Positions 20,272 through 30,882 of a stretch of 64,000 bases of DNA are shown here, in pieces. The stretch spans positions 821 to 64,820 of the forward strand of contig JABEVB010000177.1 in NCBI GenBank assembly GCA_013044165.1. Reading direction: 5' to 3'. Position 1 is the first letter of the stretch, and the number at the start of each line of letters is the position of its first letter. Position numbers and translations under genes: made by a program. The notes beneath the pieces are model-generated. The model did no database searches, had not been told where the DNA came from, and worked only from the letters and a program-made list of their open reading frames with translations. The stretch comes from Phycisphaerales bacterium (lineage in GTDB: Bacteria > Planctomycetota > Phycisphaerae > WQYP01).

Positions 20272-20985
20272 ATGCGACATGATAAGCGCAAGGCCGGTGA
20301 ACTGCGGCCCATCCGCATTCAGCGCAAGTTTACCGCCCATGCCGGCGGTTCGGTGCTGGTCTGCTTTGGCAACACTCGCGTGCTTTGTACGGCCATGATT
20401 GAAAAGGGAGTACCGCCATGGCTGGTGGGCAAAGGGCAGGGGTGGCTCACCGCCGAATATGCCATGCTGCCCTCATCAACATTGTCGCGTAAAAAGCGAG
20501 ACAGCGGCAAGCCGGATGGGCGTTCGGTGGAGATTCAGCGGCTGGTGGGCCGCTGCCTGCGAAGCGTGCTCGATATGACCAAGCTCGGCGAAAACACGCT
20601 GTGGATTGATTGCGATGTACTGCAAGCCGACGGTGGCACGCGGACCGCGGCGATCACGGGTGCGTGGGTGGCACTGATGGATGCTGTTGCACGTGCCCGC
20701 CAGAGCAACATGCTCAGCAGCAGCCCGGTTACGGCGCAGGTGGCGGCGGTAAGCGTTGGCATTGTCAATGGACAAGCTGTCGCAGACCTTGATTATCCCG
20801 AAGATTCCACCGCCGAGGTGGATATGAACGTCGCCATGTTGAACAATGGAACTTTTGTAGAGGTGCAGGCGACGGGAGAAAAGAACACCTTTGACCTTAC
20901 TCAGCTTGCAACCATGGTGAAGCTCGCGCAGAGCAGCATAGCCAAGCTCCATAGATTGCAACGAAAAGCGCTGACCGAAAAATAA
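20272..20985 (+). CDS. rph: Ribonuclease PH
   Basis: RNase PH N-terminus RKAGELRPIRIQRKFTAHAGGSVLVCFGNTRVLCTA, 237 aa. Confidence 0.9.
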   Translation: MRHDKRKAGELRPIRIQRKFTAHAGGSVLVCFGNTRVLCTAMIEKGVPPWLVGKGQGWLTAEYAMLPSSTLSRKKRDSGKPDGRSVEIQRLVGRCLRSVLDMTKLGENTLWIDCDVLQADGGTRTAAITGAWVALMDAVARARQSNMLSSSPVTAQVAAVSVGIVNGQAVADLDYPEDSTAEVDMNVAMLNNGTFVEVQATGEKNTFDLTQLATMVKLAQSSIAKLHRLQRKALTEK

Positions 20986-21036
20986 AACTACGACAGGCTC
21001 GCAGATCCGAGAGCTTGCGTTTATACTTTTCGCTCG

Positions 21037-22332
21037 ATGAGCCAACGACAACTGCTATTGCTGAACGGAACGATCGTAGACCCGGCCCGGGGCATTTTTG
21101 CCCCCGGCGATGTGCTTATTCAAGATGGGCACATCGCACAAGTGGGCACGCGAATTCGAGATATGGCGCCGGAGGCGGCCCGCGAAGATGTCGCCGGATG
21201 CCTCGTGACTCCGGGCCTTATTGACATGCACGTGCATTTGCGCGAACCGGGTCAGGAACATAAAGAAACCATCGCCACCGGTATGGCGGCAGCGGTGGCC
21301 GGCGGATTTACCACCATCTGCTGCATGCCTAATACGGTTCCTGCGCTCGACAATGAAACGCAGATCGAATATGTGCTTACACAGGCTCAGCGTGAAGGAA
21401 CCTGCCGCGTGTTGCCGTTTGGCGCAATTACCAAGGGCCGTCAAGGAGCTGAATTGGCGGAGATGCAACTTATGCACGACGCCGGCGCAATTGGATTTTC
21501 TGATGATGGCGTGGGGGTGGCCTCGGCGGCGGTCATGCAGAAAGCGCTTAGCTATGTGCGAATGTTTGATGGCCTGATTTCGCAGCACTGCGAAGAGCCG
21601 ACGCTCTCCGGCGGGGCCATGCATGCGGGAATAACGGCGTTGCGTCTTGGACTGGGCGGCATTTCATCGGCGTCGGAAGAACTTATGATCGCCCGCGATT
21701 TGCTGCTGAATCAGCGTATTGGAGCCCGCTACCATGTGCAGCACATCAGCACGGCTGGAGCGGTGGAACTCATCCGCCGCGCCAAGCAGCAGGGGCAGGC
21801 AGTCACGGCCGAGGTTACGCCGCATCATTTGCTGCTTACCGATGAAAGTTGCGGCGACTACAACACCCATTACAAAATGAACCCGCCCCTGCGCAGTCAT
21901 GCTGATGTGGAGGCCTGCCTTGCCGGCGTTGCCGATGGAACGATTGATGTGTTGGCTACCGACCACGCTCCACATGCCGCGGAAGAAAAGGAACTTGAGT
22001 TTGATCGGGCTCCGTTTGGGATTGTCGGTCTGGAGACCGCTCTGGCGCTTTATGCCGAGGCGCTTGTTAAAACCAATCAACTTAACTGGCTCAAGTTGAT
22101 TGGCAAACTGACCGCCGCACCCGCCCGTGTCCTCAAGCTTCACGACAGCGGCTCGCTGGCAATTGGTGCGCCGGCGGACATCACCATCATTGACCCGAAC
22201 AAAGTGTGGAAAATTGATCCGTCTCGTTTTAGGAGCAAGAGCCGCAATACGCCCTTTGCCAGCCGGATGGTCACCGGACAGGTACGCATGACTTTTGTAG
22301 CGGGCAGATGCGTTTATCAAGCCACAGATTGA
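21037..22332 (+). CDS. pyrC: Dihydroorotase (cyclic amidohydrolase family)
   Basis: Metal-binding DMHVHLREPG and DHAPH motifs. 431 aa is typical for multimeric-type DHOase. A related amidohydrolase cannot be excluded. Confidence 0.8.
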   Translation: MSQRQLLLLNGTIVDPARGIFAPGDVLIQDGHIAQVGTRIRDMAPEAAREDVAGCLVTPGLIDMHVHLREPGQEHKETIATGMAAAVAGGFTTICCMPNTVPALDNETQIEYVLTQAQREGTCRVLPFGAITKGRQGAELAEMQLMHDAGAIGFSDDGVGVASAAVMQKALSYVRMFDGLISQHCEEPTLSGGAMHAGITALRLGLGGISSASEELMIARDLLLNQRIGARYHVQHISTAGAVELIRRAKQQGQAVTAEVTPHHLLLTDESCGDYNTHYKMNPPLRSHADVEACLAGVADGTIDVLATDHAPHAAEEKELEFDRAPFGIVGLETALALYAEALVKTNQLNWLKLIGKLTAAPARVLKLHDSGSLAIGAPADITIIDPNKVWKIDPSRFRSKSRNTPFASRMVTGQVRMTFVAGRCVYQATD

Positions 22333-22389
22333 AGTTGTACCAGGTCAGGCTGCCCAGCAAGTCACGCTTGTTTAGAGGAGGAGCGGCTT

Positions 22390-22998
22390 GTGATTATCAT
22401 TGATGCATATAATCTTCAATGCTCCCACTCTGCTGAACGATTCTTCGGTGTAAAGCCATCCATCAGACAACTCTGCCGATGGCTTTCGGAATATGTTCAT
22501 GATGAGGTTTTTCTCGTCCTCGATGGCAACAAAAAGCCGAGCGAACCACAGCCGGATGAGTTTGTCAATATCAAGCTCAAATACAGTGGCCGACATGCGG
22601 AGGCGGATGACGTTGTTCTGAAATTGCTTGATTCCATGCCCGGCGCCCGTGGCGTTGAGGTGGTATCTAACGATAAGAAAGTTCGGCGATACGCCCGCGA
22701 TGCCCGTGCTAAGCCGATAAAATGTGAAGAGTTCATCGGTAAATTATCAACGAAAAAACGTAGGCGGACGGCCGGGCGAACGACGGACGAACCGATGGAA
22801 AAGACCCGCGGATTGTCGGGTCGCGGCTCCGCCGATGCATGGCTTGAAGTGCTCGGGCTTGGCGAAGATAAAGAACTACCGCTACCGCCGGCGAGAAAGC
22901 CGTCCGGAAGCAAACCGCCACGTGATAAAGCAACCGAAAGCCAGAGATTGCCGAAGCCTGAAGAAGTAGACATGGAACAGATATTTCGCAGTTTATAG
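22390..22998 (+). CDS. YacP-like NYN-domain protein (predicted RNA-binding/ribonuclease) with a basic, proline-rich C-terminal tail
   Basis: IIIDAYNL...LVLDGNKK...VVSNDKKVRRYARDARAKP matches YacP/NYN layout. The tail is K/R/P-rich and low complexity. Confidence 0.6.
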   Translation: MIIIDAYNLQCSHSAERFFGVKPSIRQLCRWLSEYVHDEVFLVLDGNKKPSEPQPDEFVNIKLKYSGRHAEADDVVLKLLDSMPGARGVEVVSNDKKVRRYARDARAKPIKCEEFIGKLSTKKRRRTAGRTTDEPMEKTRGLSGRGSADAWLEVLGLGEDKELPLPPARKPSGSKPPRDKATESQRLPKPEEVDMEQIFRSL

Positions 22999-23130
22999 AA
23001 CCGTACGCTCATCGTGATCATGCCGGTGCGTATTACCGGGTCCGAGTTTGAGAGGGTAATTCAGCCTAGCACAAAAATCGCCTTCCTCGACGGGTTTTGT
23101 TTGTTCGGAGGCGTGATATAATCCGCAAGC

Positions 23131-25854
23131 ATGTCGGATGTGTTTTCTAAAATGGCAATTGCCGCAATAGATGCCAAAGACCTTACGCCCGCCATGCGCC
23201 AGTATCAGACGTACAAAGCACAATATGCCGATGCAATTTTGTTCTTCCGAATTGGCGATTTTTACGAAACTTTTTATGAAGACGCGCGTGTGGCGGCGAG
23301 AGTCCTTGGCGTCGCTCTGACCAGCCGCAGCAAGGGGGAAAATGCCGTTCCGATGGCGGGTGTGCCGTACCACGCTGTTGAAGGCTACCTGCAACGCATG
23401 ATCGCGGCTGGCTATAAGGTGGCGATTTGTGAGCAGGTAGAAGACACACGTCAGGCTAAGGGGTTGATTGACCGGCAGGTAACGCGACTGGTAACGCCCG
23501 GTACGTTGACCGATGAAGCCCTGCTGGATGGCCGGGAGGAAAACTTCCTTGCCTGCGCCGTACCGGTAAGGAGCGAAGAGTCAATTTCGGCTGGCGATGC
23601 CGCCGTGCGGCCCGACGAACCAATTGCCATGGCTTGGTGTGAATTATCCACGGGTAAGTTCAATACCATGGCCGGTACATTGCAGGAATGTATGGATGAA
23701 TTGGCCCGCGTGCGACCCCGGGAGCTTATTTTTGCGGAGCGAGCGGATCATCAGTCGCCACCATGGGCGCTGCAAATGAAGGAAATGAACAAACTGACCC
23801 TTACGCCGCGGGCGGCGTGGCAGCTTGAATGCCACCATGCGTCACAAACGTTGCGGCAGCATTATGGGGTACTGGGTTTTGAGGCGTTCGGCTATGAAGT
23901 CAACAGCCCCGAGATTCGTGCAGCAGGGGGGCTGCTGGCCTATCTTCATGAGACACAGAAAAGCAACTTGGAGCACCTGCGGCCTCCGCGGCGGTTTGAC
24001 CGCGGGCAATTTATGGTGATAGATCCGGTCTCGCTGCGTTCGCTGGAGGTTCTGCGGACTCTGCGCAACAACACAACCGAGGGATCGCTGGCCGCGTCAC
24101 TGGACCAAACCAAAACCGCAATGGGTGCACGTTTACTGCGGCACTGGCTGGTATTTCCGCTGCGCGACGTATCGCAGATTAACGGGCGATTGTGCGCCGT
24201 GGCCGAGCTTCGCGAGAATTTAACCGTGCTGGAGGAAGTCCGCACGTTGCTGACCGACTGTGCGGATATTGAGCGAATTGCCGCTCGCATCTGCTGTAGG
24301 CGGGCCAGTCCACGCGATCTGGCGGCCTTGGGACGCTCGCTCGACATTCTCCCCATGGTGGACAAGCTTCTTGAGCGAACGAATCTGTCAGGCGGCGGCT
24401 GGGATGCCATTCGCCAACCGCTGGGCCAAACGCGCGAAATCGCCGACCGCGTACGCAGTGCAATTGTGGAGGCTCCACCGGCACACCTGCGAGACGGTGG
24501 AGTTATCCGGGACGGGTTTCATCCAGAATTAGACCGGCTGCGCCAACTCACACACAATTCAAGAGGTTGGCTGGCCGACTATCAAGCGGAACTGATTAAG
24601 CAGACCGGCATACCGTCGCTGAAGGTTGGGTACAATAAGGTTTTTGGGTTTTATATTGAATTGACGCAGTCAAATCAGAGCAAAGCGCCGGCGGAGTTTA
24701 TCCGCCGGCAAACGGTAAAGAATGCCGAGCGATACATTACGCCCAAACTCAAGGAGTTTGAAAGCGAAACGCTTACCGCCCAGGAAAAAGCACGCATACT
24801 TGAGGGAGACATTTTCGAGTCCCTGAGAACCGAGTTGGCTGCAGCCATTACGGTGTTGCAGCAGGCCGGACAGGCCTTGGCTACGCTCGATACTTTATGC
24901 TCGATCGCGTTTATTTCTTGGAAGCGGCAGTATTGCCTTCCGCAGATGACCAGTGAACGCGAACTGAAGATTCGTGACGGTTGGCACCCGGTGGTGGGAC
25001 ATCTATTGGGCGAGAAGTTTGTCCCAAATGACTTAAGTATGATTTCGGGACAATCTACATTACATCTGATTACAGGCCCGAATATGGCCGGAAAGTCTAC
25101 ATTTATCCGGCAGGCGGCTCTCATCGTGCTGATGGCGCAGGCCGGATTTTTTGTTCCGGCTAAGGAAGCGGTTATTGGCCTGGTAGACCGAATATTTACT
25201 CGCGTAGGCGCCTCAGATGACCTTGCCGCCGGCAATTCCACGTTTATGATCGAAATGGTTGAGACCGCCAATATCCTGCTGCATGCCACGCCGCAATCGC
25301 TGGTTATTCTCGACGAAATCGGTCGCGGAACCAGTACCCTTGATGGCTTGGCATTGGCGTGGGCCATTACGGAACATCTGGCCGAGACCATTGGCTGCCG
25401 CACATTGTTTGCGACGCACTACCACGAAATTACGGACTTGGCTCAAACGCTGCCCGCGGTGAACAACTACAGCGTATTGGTGCGAGAATGGGAAGATCAG
25501 ATTATTTTCATGCATCGCATTGTGCCGGGAGCCGCAGATCGGTCCTACGGTGTTCAGGTGGCGCGGCTTGCAGGGCTTCCACGTAGCGTGGTTCAGCGTG
25601 CTCGTAAACTGACCGATCAACTTGCGGTGCAGGTGGGGAAGATTCGCCCGCGTGCGGCCACGACGCAGGTGAGCGGTCAGATCAATTTGTTTGCCACAGC
25701 GCAAGAGCAGGTGCTGGAACAGTTAATGGCCCTGGATGTTAATCGTATGTCGCCGATGCAAACATGGGAAGCGATAAAATCTCTGCAGGCTCTGTTGACG
25801 GAAAGCAAGACGAAAAGTGCGCCCGGCACCCGCGTTCAAACCTCGGCACCTTGA
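23131..25854 (+). CDS. mutS: DNA mismatch repair protein MutS
   Basis: N-terminal mismatch-binding TPAMRQYQ...GDFYETFYEDA and ABC ATPase Walker A GPNMAGKST. About 907 aa. Confidence 0.95.
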   Translation: MSDVFSKMAIAAIDAKDLTPAMRQYQTYKAQYADAILFFRIGDFYETFYEDARVAARVLGVALTSRSKGENAVPMAGVPYHAVEGYLQRMIAAGYKVAICEQVEDTRQAKGLIDRQVTRLVTPGTLTDEALLDGREENFLACAVPVRSEESISAGDAAVRPDEPIAMAWCELSTGKFNTMAGTLQECMDELARVRPRELIFAERADHQSPPWALQMKEMNKLTLTPRAAWQLECHHASQTLRQHYGVLGFEAFGYEVNSPEIRAAGGLLAYLHETQKSNLEHLRPPRRFDRGQFMVIDPVSLRSLEVLRTLRNNTTEGSLAASLDQTKTAMGARLLRHWLVFPLRDVSQINGRLCAVAELRENLTVLEEVRTLLTDCADIERIAARICCRRASPRDLAALGRSLDILPMVDKLLERTNLSGGGWDAIRQPLGQTREIADRVRSAIVEAPPAHLRDGGVIRDGFHPELDRLRQLTHNSRGWLADYQAELIKQTGIPSLKVGYNKVFGFYIELTQSNQSKAPAEFIRRQTVKNAERYITPKLKEFESETLTAQEKARILEGDIFESLRTELAAAITVLQQAGQALATLDTLCSIAFISWKRQYCLPQMTSERELKIRDGWHPVVGHLLGEKFVPNDLSMISGQSTLHLITGPNMAGKSTFIRQAALIVLMAQAGFFVPAKEAVIGLVDRIFTRVGASDDLAAGNSTFMIEMVETANILLHATPQSLVILDEIGRGTSTLDGLALAWAITEHLAETIGCRTLFATHYHEITDLAQTLPAVNNYSVLVREWEDQIIFMHRIVPGAADRSYGVQVARLAGLPRSVVQRARKLTDQLAVQVGKIRPRAATTQVSGQINLFATAQEQVLEQLMALDVNRMSPMQTWEAIKSLQALLTESKTKSAPGTRVQTSAP

Positions 25855-25919
25855 GACAGCAAGCAGTAGCCCGCTGTCGCGACTATTTGGACGTCGGTAA
25901 GCAAGTCAGGCAGGCGGTA

Positions 25920-27011
25920 CTACAAGGTTTCGCCAGCTCTTGGGAAGCTGCCTAAGACGGCGAGCTGTAGGCAATGACCTCGCACTTCTTCAATGGCGGC
26001 CTTGAGCGAAGCATCTTCCGCGTGGCCGATCATATCGGTAAAAAAGTAATACTCAAAGTTGCGTTTTTGGCTCGGACGCGTGTCAATATTGGTCAGATTA
26101 ATTTGGTATCGGCGAAATACATCCAGCACATCCACCAAGGCGCCGCTCTTATGGGCTGTGGTGAATATGATGGAGGTTTTATCGTCGCCAGTGCGACGTG
26201 CTGGCTGGCGACCAATCACAAAAAATCGCGTGACGTTGCTGGGGTTGTCTTCGATATTTGTATAAAGCGTTTTAAGGCTGTAAAGCTCCGCGGCGAGCGA
26301 TGATCCGATGGCAGCGGCCCCGGCCTCATGGGCAGCCATTTCCGCGGCCTTGCTGCTGGAGCCTACCGGCATACGCGCGGCTTCGGGCATGGTAGCGTTG
26401 AGCCATTTGCGGCATTGATCAAGCGCTTCGGGTTTGCTGTAGACAACCTTGATCTGTGAAGGTTCGCAGACTGCCAAAAGATGATGATGAATGGCGATGA
26501 GGACCTCAGCGACGATGGTAACGTTAGGGTGGTCCAGGAACGCATCCATGGTTTCAACGACACCGCCAATGGTGGAATTTTCAATCGGAACCAGGCCAAG
26601 GTCGGCATGACCCCGGGCAACCTCGTCAAATACCGAGGCAATGTCCACTACGGGAGCGTGAGCAACTGAGGCGCCGAATTTTTTTACGGAGGCCAGATGG
26701 GAATAGCTTCCCTGTGGGCCAAGATAGGCCACTCGAAGAGGCTTTTCCAAGGCGAAACTTCCGGACATAAGCTCGCGATAAATGGCCTGCAGGCAAGCAT
26801 CAGGCAGAGGGCCGCCGACGGCTTTGTTGGCCTGCGCAACGCGATCCAGAACGATTTTCTCGCGGTCGGGAGCATAAACGGGGGCATTTGATTGGTGCTT
26901 AATCCGCCCAATTTCGACCACGATGCGAGCCCGAGCGTTCAGCAACGCGACAATTTGATGGTCAAGCTCATCAATTTTGCTTCGTAATTCTGCCAATGGG
27001 TCTGCAGTCAT
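25920..27011 (-). CDS. pheA: Bifunctional chorismate mutase / prephenate dehydratase with C-terminal ACT domain
   Basis: CM_2 helix LRSKIDELDHQIVALLNARARIV, then the PDT domain (RVAYLGPQGSYSH), then an ACT-like C-terminus. Start trimmed to MTADPL. Confidence 0.85.
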   Translation of the reverse strand: MTADPLAELRSKIDELDHQIVALLNARARIVVEIGRIKHQSNAPVYAPDREKIVLDRVAQANKAVGGPLPDACLQAIYRELMSGSFALEKPLRVAYLGPQGSYSHLASVKKFGASVAHAPVVDIASVFDEVARGHADLGLVPIENSTIGGVVETMDAFLDHPNVTIVAEVLIAIHHHLLAVCEPSQIKVVYSKPEALDQCRKWLNATMPEAARMPVGSSSKAAEMAAHEAGAAAIGSSLAAELYSLKTLYTNIEDNPSNVTRFFVIGRQPARRTGDDKTSIIFTTAHKSGALVDVLDVFRRYQINLTNIDTRPSQKRNFEYYFFTDMIGHAEDASLKAAIEEVRGHCLQLAVLGSFPRAGETL

Positions 27012-27163
27012 ACGGTTAAACCTTCCAATTAGATTTGCCAGGCACGTGTGAGCGGACATTCCGCAACAACGTATAAGCATCCTAATGCTGGCAGTTGTTG
27101 GCGGCAAATCGGCATGCCAGATTGTTTCTGGCGAGGTTGGGCCAGAGCAACCTCCCGATCGTG

Positions 27164-28510
27164 TTATAAATGCCTTCTAAAACCAGTCCATGCGAGCGAA
27201 AGCAAACCCAGGAGCGCAGCCAAAATCCAGAGCATTGGTGCCAGCGATAGCCTATGTGCCAAGCCCGTGGGATGCCAATAGGGCAAATGGGTTGCGAGCG
27301 AGCCAATGGGTAAAACTTGCGCATGAAGTTTGCGCGGTGGAATATCTCCAAGCGTCGCTGGCCATATGCGGGCCGGTAGCTCTGGCGGTGATACAACGCT
27401 GATAAACCGGCGGCTGTGCGCGTTGGTGTCTTCCGACAGGACTGCGACAAAACTTTCAATTGACCTTGGAAGTTTGCAGTTGTATTGGCCTGGAGCAACC
27501 TGGTTGAGTTGAAACGAATGTGGCGGCGGGGCGATATCGGGGCTAATAATTCGAAGCGTAAGATGCCGACGATTGAGAAATCGTCCGTTGGCCATGGCAT
27601 TTACCTCCACACTCCAGTGGTCTACGTCACGGCGAGCGGTCACATTAAAGCGGTTGTCTGCCGGGCTGGGTACGACACGTTGAATGAGTGCTTCCAGCAG
27701 ACTACTAAAGTCTGAAGTCTCGCCTTGAAAGCATAGCGCCGCCACCTTGCCCAAGCCGACTCGCCAAACGGCCGCCAAGGGCATGGCTTTAGGAGTCTGG
27801 CTCAAGGCAATCTGCTGCGCCCCAGCCTTTAGCCAGGTTTGTGTCCAAAGATTCGTTTGACCCGACAGGTTCAGTTGCGGTGCTGACCAGGGAATGATGG
27901 CATGATGGACTTGGCCAAAAAGTACTTGCGCTACAGCGCGATGGAGCAATACTGACCAGGCCATGGGATTTACGGCTGCAAGATGCTGGGCATGTGTTTG
28001 CGCCAGCAGCGAGCGTAGCGCCGGTGATTCTCCGGGCGGTGCTATTACGGTAAATCGAAGATGGTGATTGTCTATGAGCTGTGTCCATGCGGACACATTC
28101 AATTTGGGTATTTGACCATCGGTGATCAGTATGAACATGCTGCCAACCCGGGCGACACGACGTATGGCCGACAGCGCCGTATCTGGATTGGTAGGACCCG
28201 TGGGCCGAACTCGCTGCTGCAGTTGCGCCAATGCCGCATGAAACGCGGCTGGGTGCCCCCTGAATAACAGTTGAGCACGTCCGCTGAATGCCAAAACATT
28301 AATGTTGGAGTTATGCGAAAGTAGTTGGGCGGCGATGGCGGCGCTGTGAAGCGCCAGGCCAAAACGTGATGCTCCACCGCTCGAAGCTACATGCGAGGCC
28401 ATTGAGCCGCTGGCATCCAGCAGAAATGTTATTGAGAGAGGCGGCGGTCTTGGCGGCGCAGACGCCAGCGGCGAGACGCGCTCCAGTGGCCATTGCAATG
28501 CAGGCTGCAT
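27164..28510 (-). CDS. von Willebrand factor A (vWA) domain protein with C-terminal TM helix (BatB-like)
   Basis: MIDAS motif ITFLLDASGSMAS near the N-terminus and a hydrophobic C-terminal helix. In the same frame as the upstream ORF, separated by one TGA. Confidence 0.65.
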   Translation of the reverse strand: MQPALQWPLERVSPLASAPPRPPPLSITFLLDASGSMASHVASSGGASRFGLALHSAAIAAQLLSHNSNINVLAFSGRAQLLFRGHPAAFHAALAQLQQRVRPTGPTNPDTALSAIRRVARVGSMFILITDGQIPKLNVSAWTQLIDNHHLRFTVIAPPGESPALRSLLAQTHAQHLAAVNPMAWSVLLHRAVAQVLFGQVHHAIIPWSAPQLNLSGQTNLWTQTWLKAGAQQIALSQTPKAMPLAAVWRVGLGKVAALCFQGETSDFSSLLEALIQRVVPSPADNRFNVTARRDVDHWSVEVNAMANGRFLNRRHLTLRIISPDIAPPPHSFQLNQVAPGQYNCKLPRSIESFVAVLSEDTNAHSRRFISVVSPPELPARIWPATLGDIPPRKLHAQVLPIGSLATHLPYWHPTGLAHRLSLAPMLWILAALLGLLSLAWTGFRRHL

Positions 28511-28573
28511 TAAGTACCTTTGCGTGGCATAGCCGCCTGGTCCGAAGGCTTGATGATCGCCATACAGTACAAG

Positions 28574-29665
28574 TCAAGTGCCTTGGTTACTCACCGCATG
28601 GGCCAGCGCATGGGCCGTGCCGATGGGGAATGCTTGCTTGGGCATATTGTACAGTACGAATATGCCATAACCTTGAGTGATCTGTGGGAGCAAAAGCTGC
28701 TGGGGTGAAATATAGACCGCGGCGGCAAGAGGCGTGGGCAAATGTTTGGGGCGATGCACAGACACAACAGCAAGTCGCAGCGGCCTCTCGGGCGGCAGGC
28801 TAATGGCTGCGGCATCATCCTGTGGCCATGGATCCTGGCTATTAAGACGAAGTCTGTAGTGATAGAGCCTGCCGGCACTGACATTTCCCCCGGAAAACAT
28901 AATGCTCTTTATGCCAGCCTCGGGGAATATCACGCGTTGCTGGGCGATTGCCGCTGAACCGCGCCGAAGCTGTACTCCACAGCCTATGGGGCCTGTGGCC
29001 TGAATTGTGGCTATGAGAGTGACTGTGCGATGGCCTGCAGATGCAGGTTGCGTCATCAGGTGTAACGCCACTATGCCGGCATCAGGTTGCGGCGGCGACG
29101 CTAGGGTAACGGCCAGCGGATGCGGCGGCCGGGAGTGCTTTGGCCAGCGGCCCACTCCTGAAACAAAGAGCCAACGTGCAAAATGCCGCCATGGGGGCGG
29201 CTCCCATGCAATGGCTGCGGCGACGTTGGTTCGTCGGGAGGGCCCCGCGACCCAGGTGGAGGCGGGAATATGAAGGTCTGGAAGCCTTGCAGGCTCATTA
29301 AACGGGTGCACGGTTCGATCAAACGGTACTATCCAGACTTTGGCATCATGAGGAAGCGTGCGTGTCAGCGCTCGGCAGAGCCAGGAAGGTTGCATCCAAG
29401 GCGAGCTGCGGGTGTTAGGAGAAAGCTCGACAAGCACAACGATTTTTTTGACAGGCGGTGCCGGCCAACTGACGAAAGGGCGGGCCAATGCCAGCAGCAA
29501 GACTGCGGCCGCCATCAACGGCAACATTACCTCGCCTACCGCGTGGCGTGGCCGACGGCGAGCCATCCAGGGCATCATGAGCACTATAATGATAATTGCC
29601 GCTGCGGGCGCAAGGTAGAATGGATTGCGACAGAATAGTGCGGCAGCCGGTATCATAATCGGCAT
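28574..29665 (-). CDS. BatA-like membrane protein with an aerotolerance-regulator-type N-terminus and a degenerate vWA-like segment
   Basis: N-terminal F..NPFYLAP...IIIIVLMMPWMARRR pattern (BatA_N-like, two TM helices). Then KKIVVLVELSPNTRSS, a vWA-like beta-strand whose MIDAS is degenerate. Confidence 0.55.
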   Translation of the reverse strand: MPIMIPAAALFCRNPFYLAPAAAIIIIVLMMPWMARRRPRHAVGEVMLPLMAAAVLLLALARPFVSWPAPPVKKIVVLVELSPNTRSSPWMQPSWLCRALTRTLPHDAKVWIVPFDRTVHPFNEPARLPDLHIPASTWVAGPSRRTNVAAAIAWEPPPWRHFARWLFVSGVGRWPKHSRPPHPLAVTLASPPQPDAGIVALHLMTQPASAGHRTVTLIATIQATGPIGCGVQLRRGSAAIAQQRVIFPEAGIKSIMFSGGNVSAGRLYHYRLRLNSQDPWPQDDAAAISLPPERPLRLAVVSVHRPKHLPTPLAAAVYISPQQLLLPQITQGYGIFVLYNMPKQAFPIGTAHALAHAVSNQGT

Positions 29666-29771
29666 GTTACCGCCTGCGGGCGAGTCGCTCCAACGTGATG
29701 GCCGAACTACCGGCGACGGGGCGGCTGTGCTGGCGCGTGACGAGACAGTTTTTTATGCAGGAAGAGGACCT

Positions 29772-30260
29772 ATGAAAACAACGATTGCGGAGAATTTGGC
29801 GAGGCTGAACATTGTGCTTGGGCCCATTGCCAAACCAATCGCATCTTATATTCCGTTTTGTACTTCTGGCAATGTAGTCATTATAAGCGGGCAACTACCG
29901 AGCAGAGACGGCAAACTCCAATATCTCGGTGCGATACCGACGGTGGTATCGCTTGAGGACGCCCAAGCGGCGGCGCGACTGGCGGCGATAAATTGCGTGG
30001 CTATTTTATTTGAAGCGTGTCGCCGCGATTGGGCGAACTTACGCCGTGTGCTAAAGCTCGGCGTTTTTGTGAACTGTACTGCGGAGTTTCAACAACAATC
30101 GCAGGTGGCCAACGGTGCCAGCGATTTGCTGGCAGAAATATTCGGGGAGCAGGGCAAACATGCTCGCGCCGCGGTGGGAGTGTCAAGTCTTCCTCTGGGC
30201 GCAACCGTGGAGGTTGAAATGATGGCCGAGATAGCGACTCTGCCGCACAGCGGCCATTAG
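29772..30260 (+). CDS. RidA/YjgF/TdcF family protein (reactive-intermediate deaminase-like)
   Basis: About 160 aa with the family's conserved C-terminal motif. Start trimmed to MKTTIAEN, preceded by GGAAGAGGA. Confidence 0.7.
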   Translation: MKTTIAENLARLNIVLGPIAKPIASYIPFCTSGNVVIISGQLPSRDGKLQYLGAIPTVVSLEDAQAAARLAAINCVAILFEACRRDWANLRRVLKLGVFVNCTAEFQQQSQVANGASDLLAEIFGEQGKHARAAVGVSSLPLGATVEVEMMAEIATLPHSGH

Positions 30261-30395
30261 CAGCGCCACGGTGGAATCACAAGGGGTTGAGATTTGGGAG
30301 TTTGACATTGCCTGCGGCAGTTTTTAGGATTGAGGCATAACCTTTCGCTTGTTCGCATGGTGCGAATGAGCTTTATTGGTTAGAGGAGTTTTGCG

Positions 30396-30737
30396 ATGGC
30401 AAACGACAGCGTGCTGCATTTTACCGATAGCAATTTCCAGCAAGAGGTATTGAGTTCAGCGGAACCGGTTCTCGTTGATTTTTGGGCGGAGTGGTGCGGC
30501 CCTTGCCGGATGCTGGCACCTACGATTGACGAACTCGCTCTCGAATACAAAGGCCGCATTAAAGTAGGCAAGGTAGATACCGATGCCAACCACGACACGG
30601 CCATTAAATACAACATCAACTCCATTCCGACAATTATCCTGTTTGATCGGGGGCAGATTGTGCGGCGTTTTGTGGGGGTGATGCCTAAGCGGGAATTTAA
30701 GACCGCGATGGATACGCTGGTTTCAGCGGCTCGCTGA
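30396..30737 (+). CDS. trxA: Thioredoxin
   Basis: WCGPC active site, 113 aa. Confidence 0.9.
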   Translation: MANDSVLHFTDSNFQQEVLSSAEPVLVDFWAEWCGPCRMLAPTIDELALEYKGRIKVGKVDTDANHDTAIKYNINSIPTIILFDRGQIVRRFVGVMPKREFKTAMDTLVSAAR

Positions 30738-30882
30738 ACCACCTGTGGCTCGGGTAAGACTGTGAGCATTGTAGTCGGACCCGCGGCTTGCGCGAGCTCG
30801 GACCATGCGGGTTAGCCACGCGACCGCTGATTCGGCAGTTTATTTTCTTGACATCAATGAGGCGGGCTTTATCATTTTGATT

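Noticed and set aside
28571-28576. TGA between the BatA-like and vWA ORFs as a selenocysteine codon.
   Set aside because: No SECIS-like hairpin is evident immediately downstream, and the protein family is not a known selenoprotein. Kept only as a read-through or pseudogene possibility in findings.
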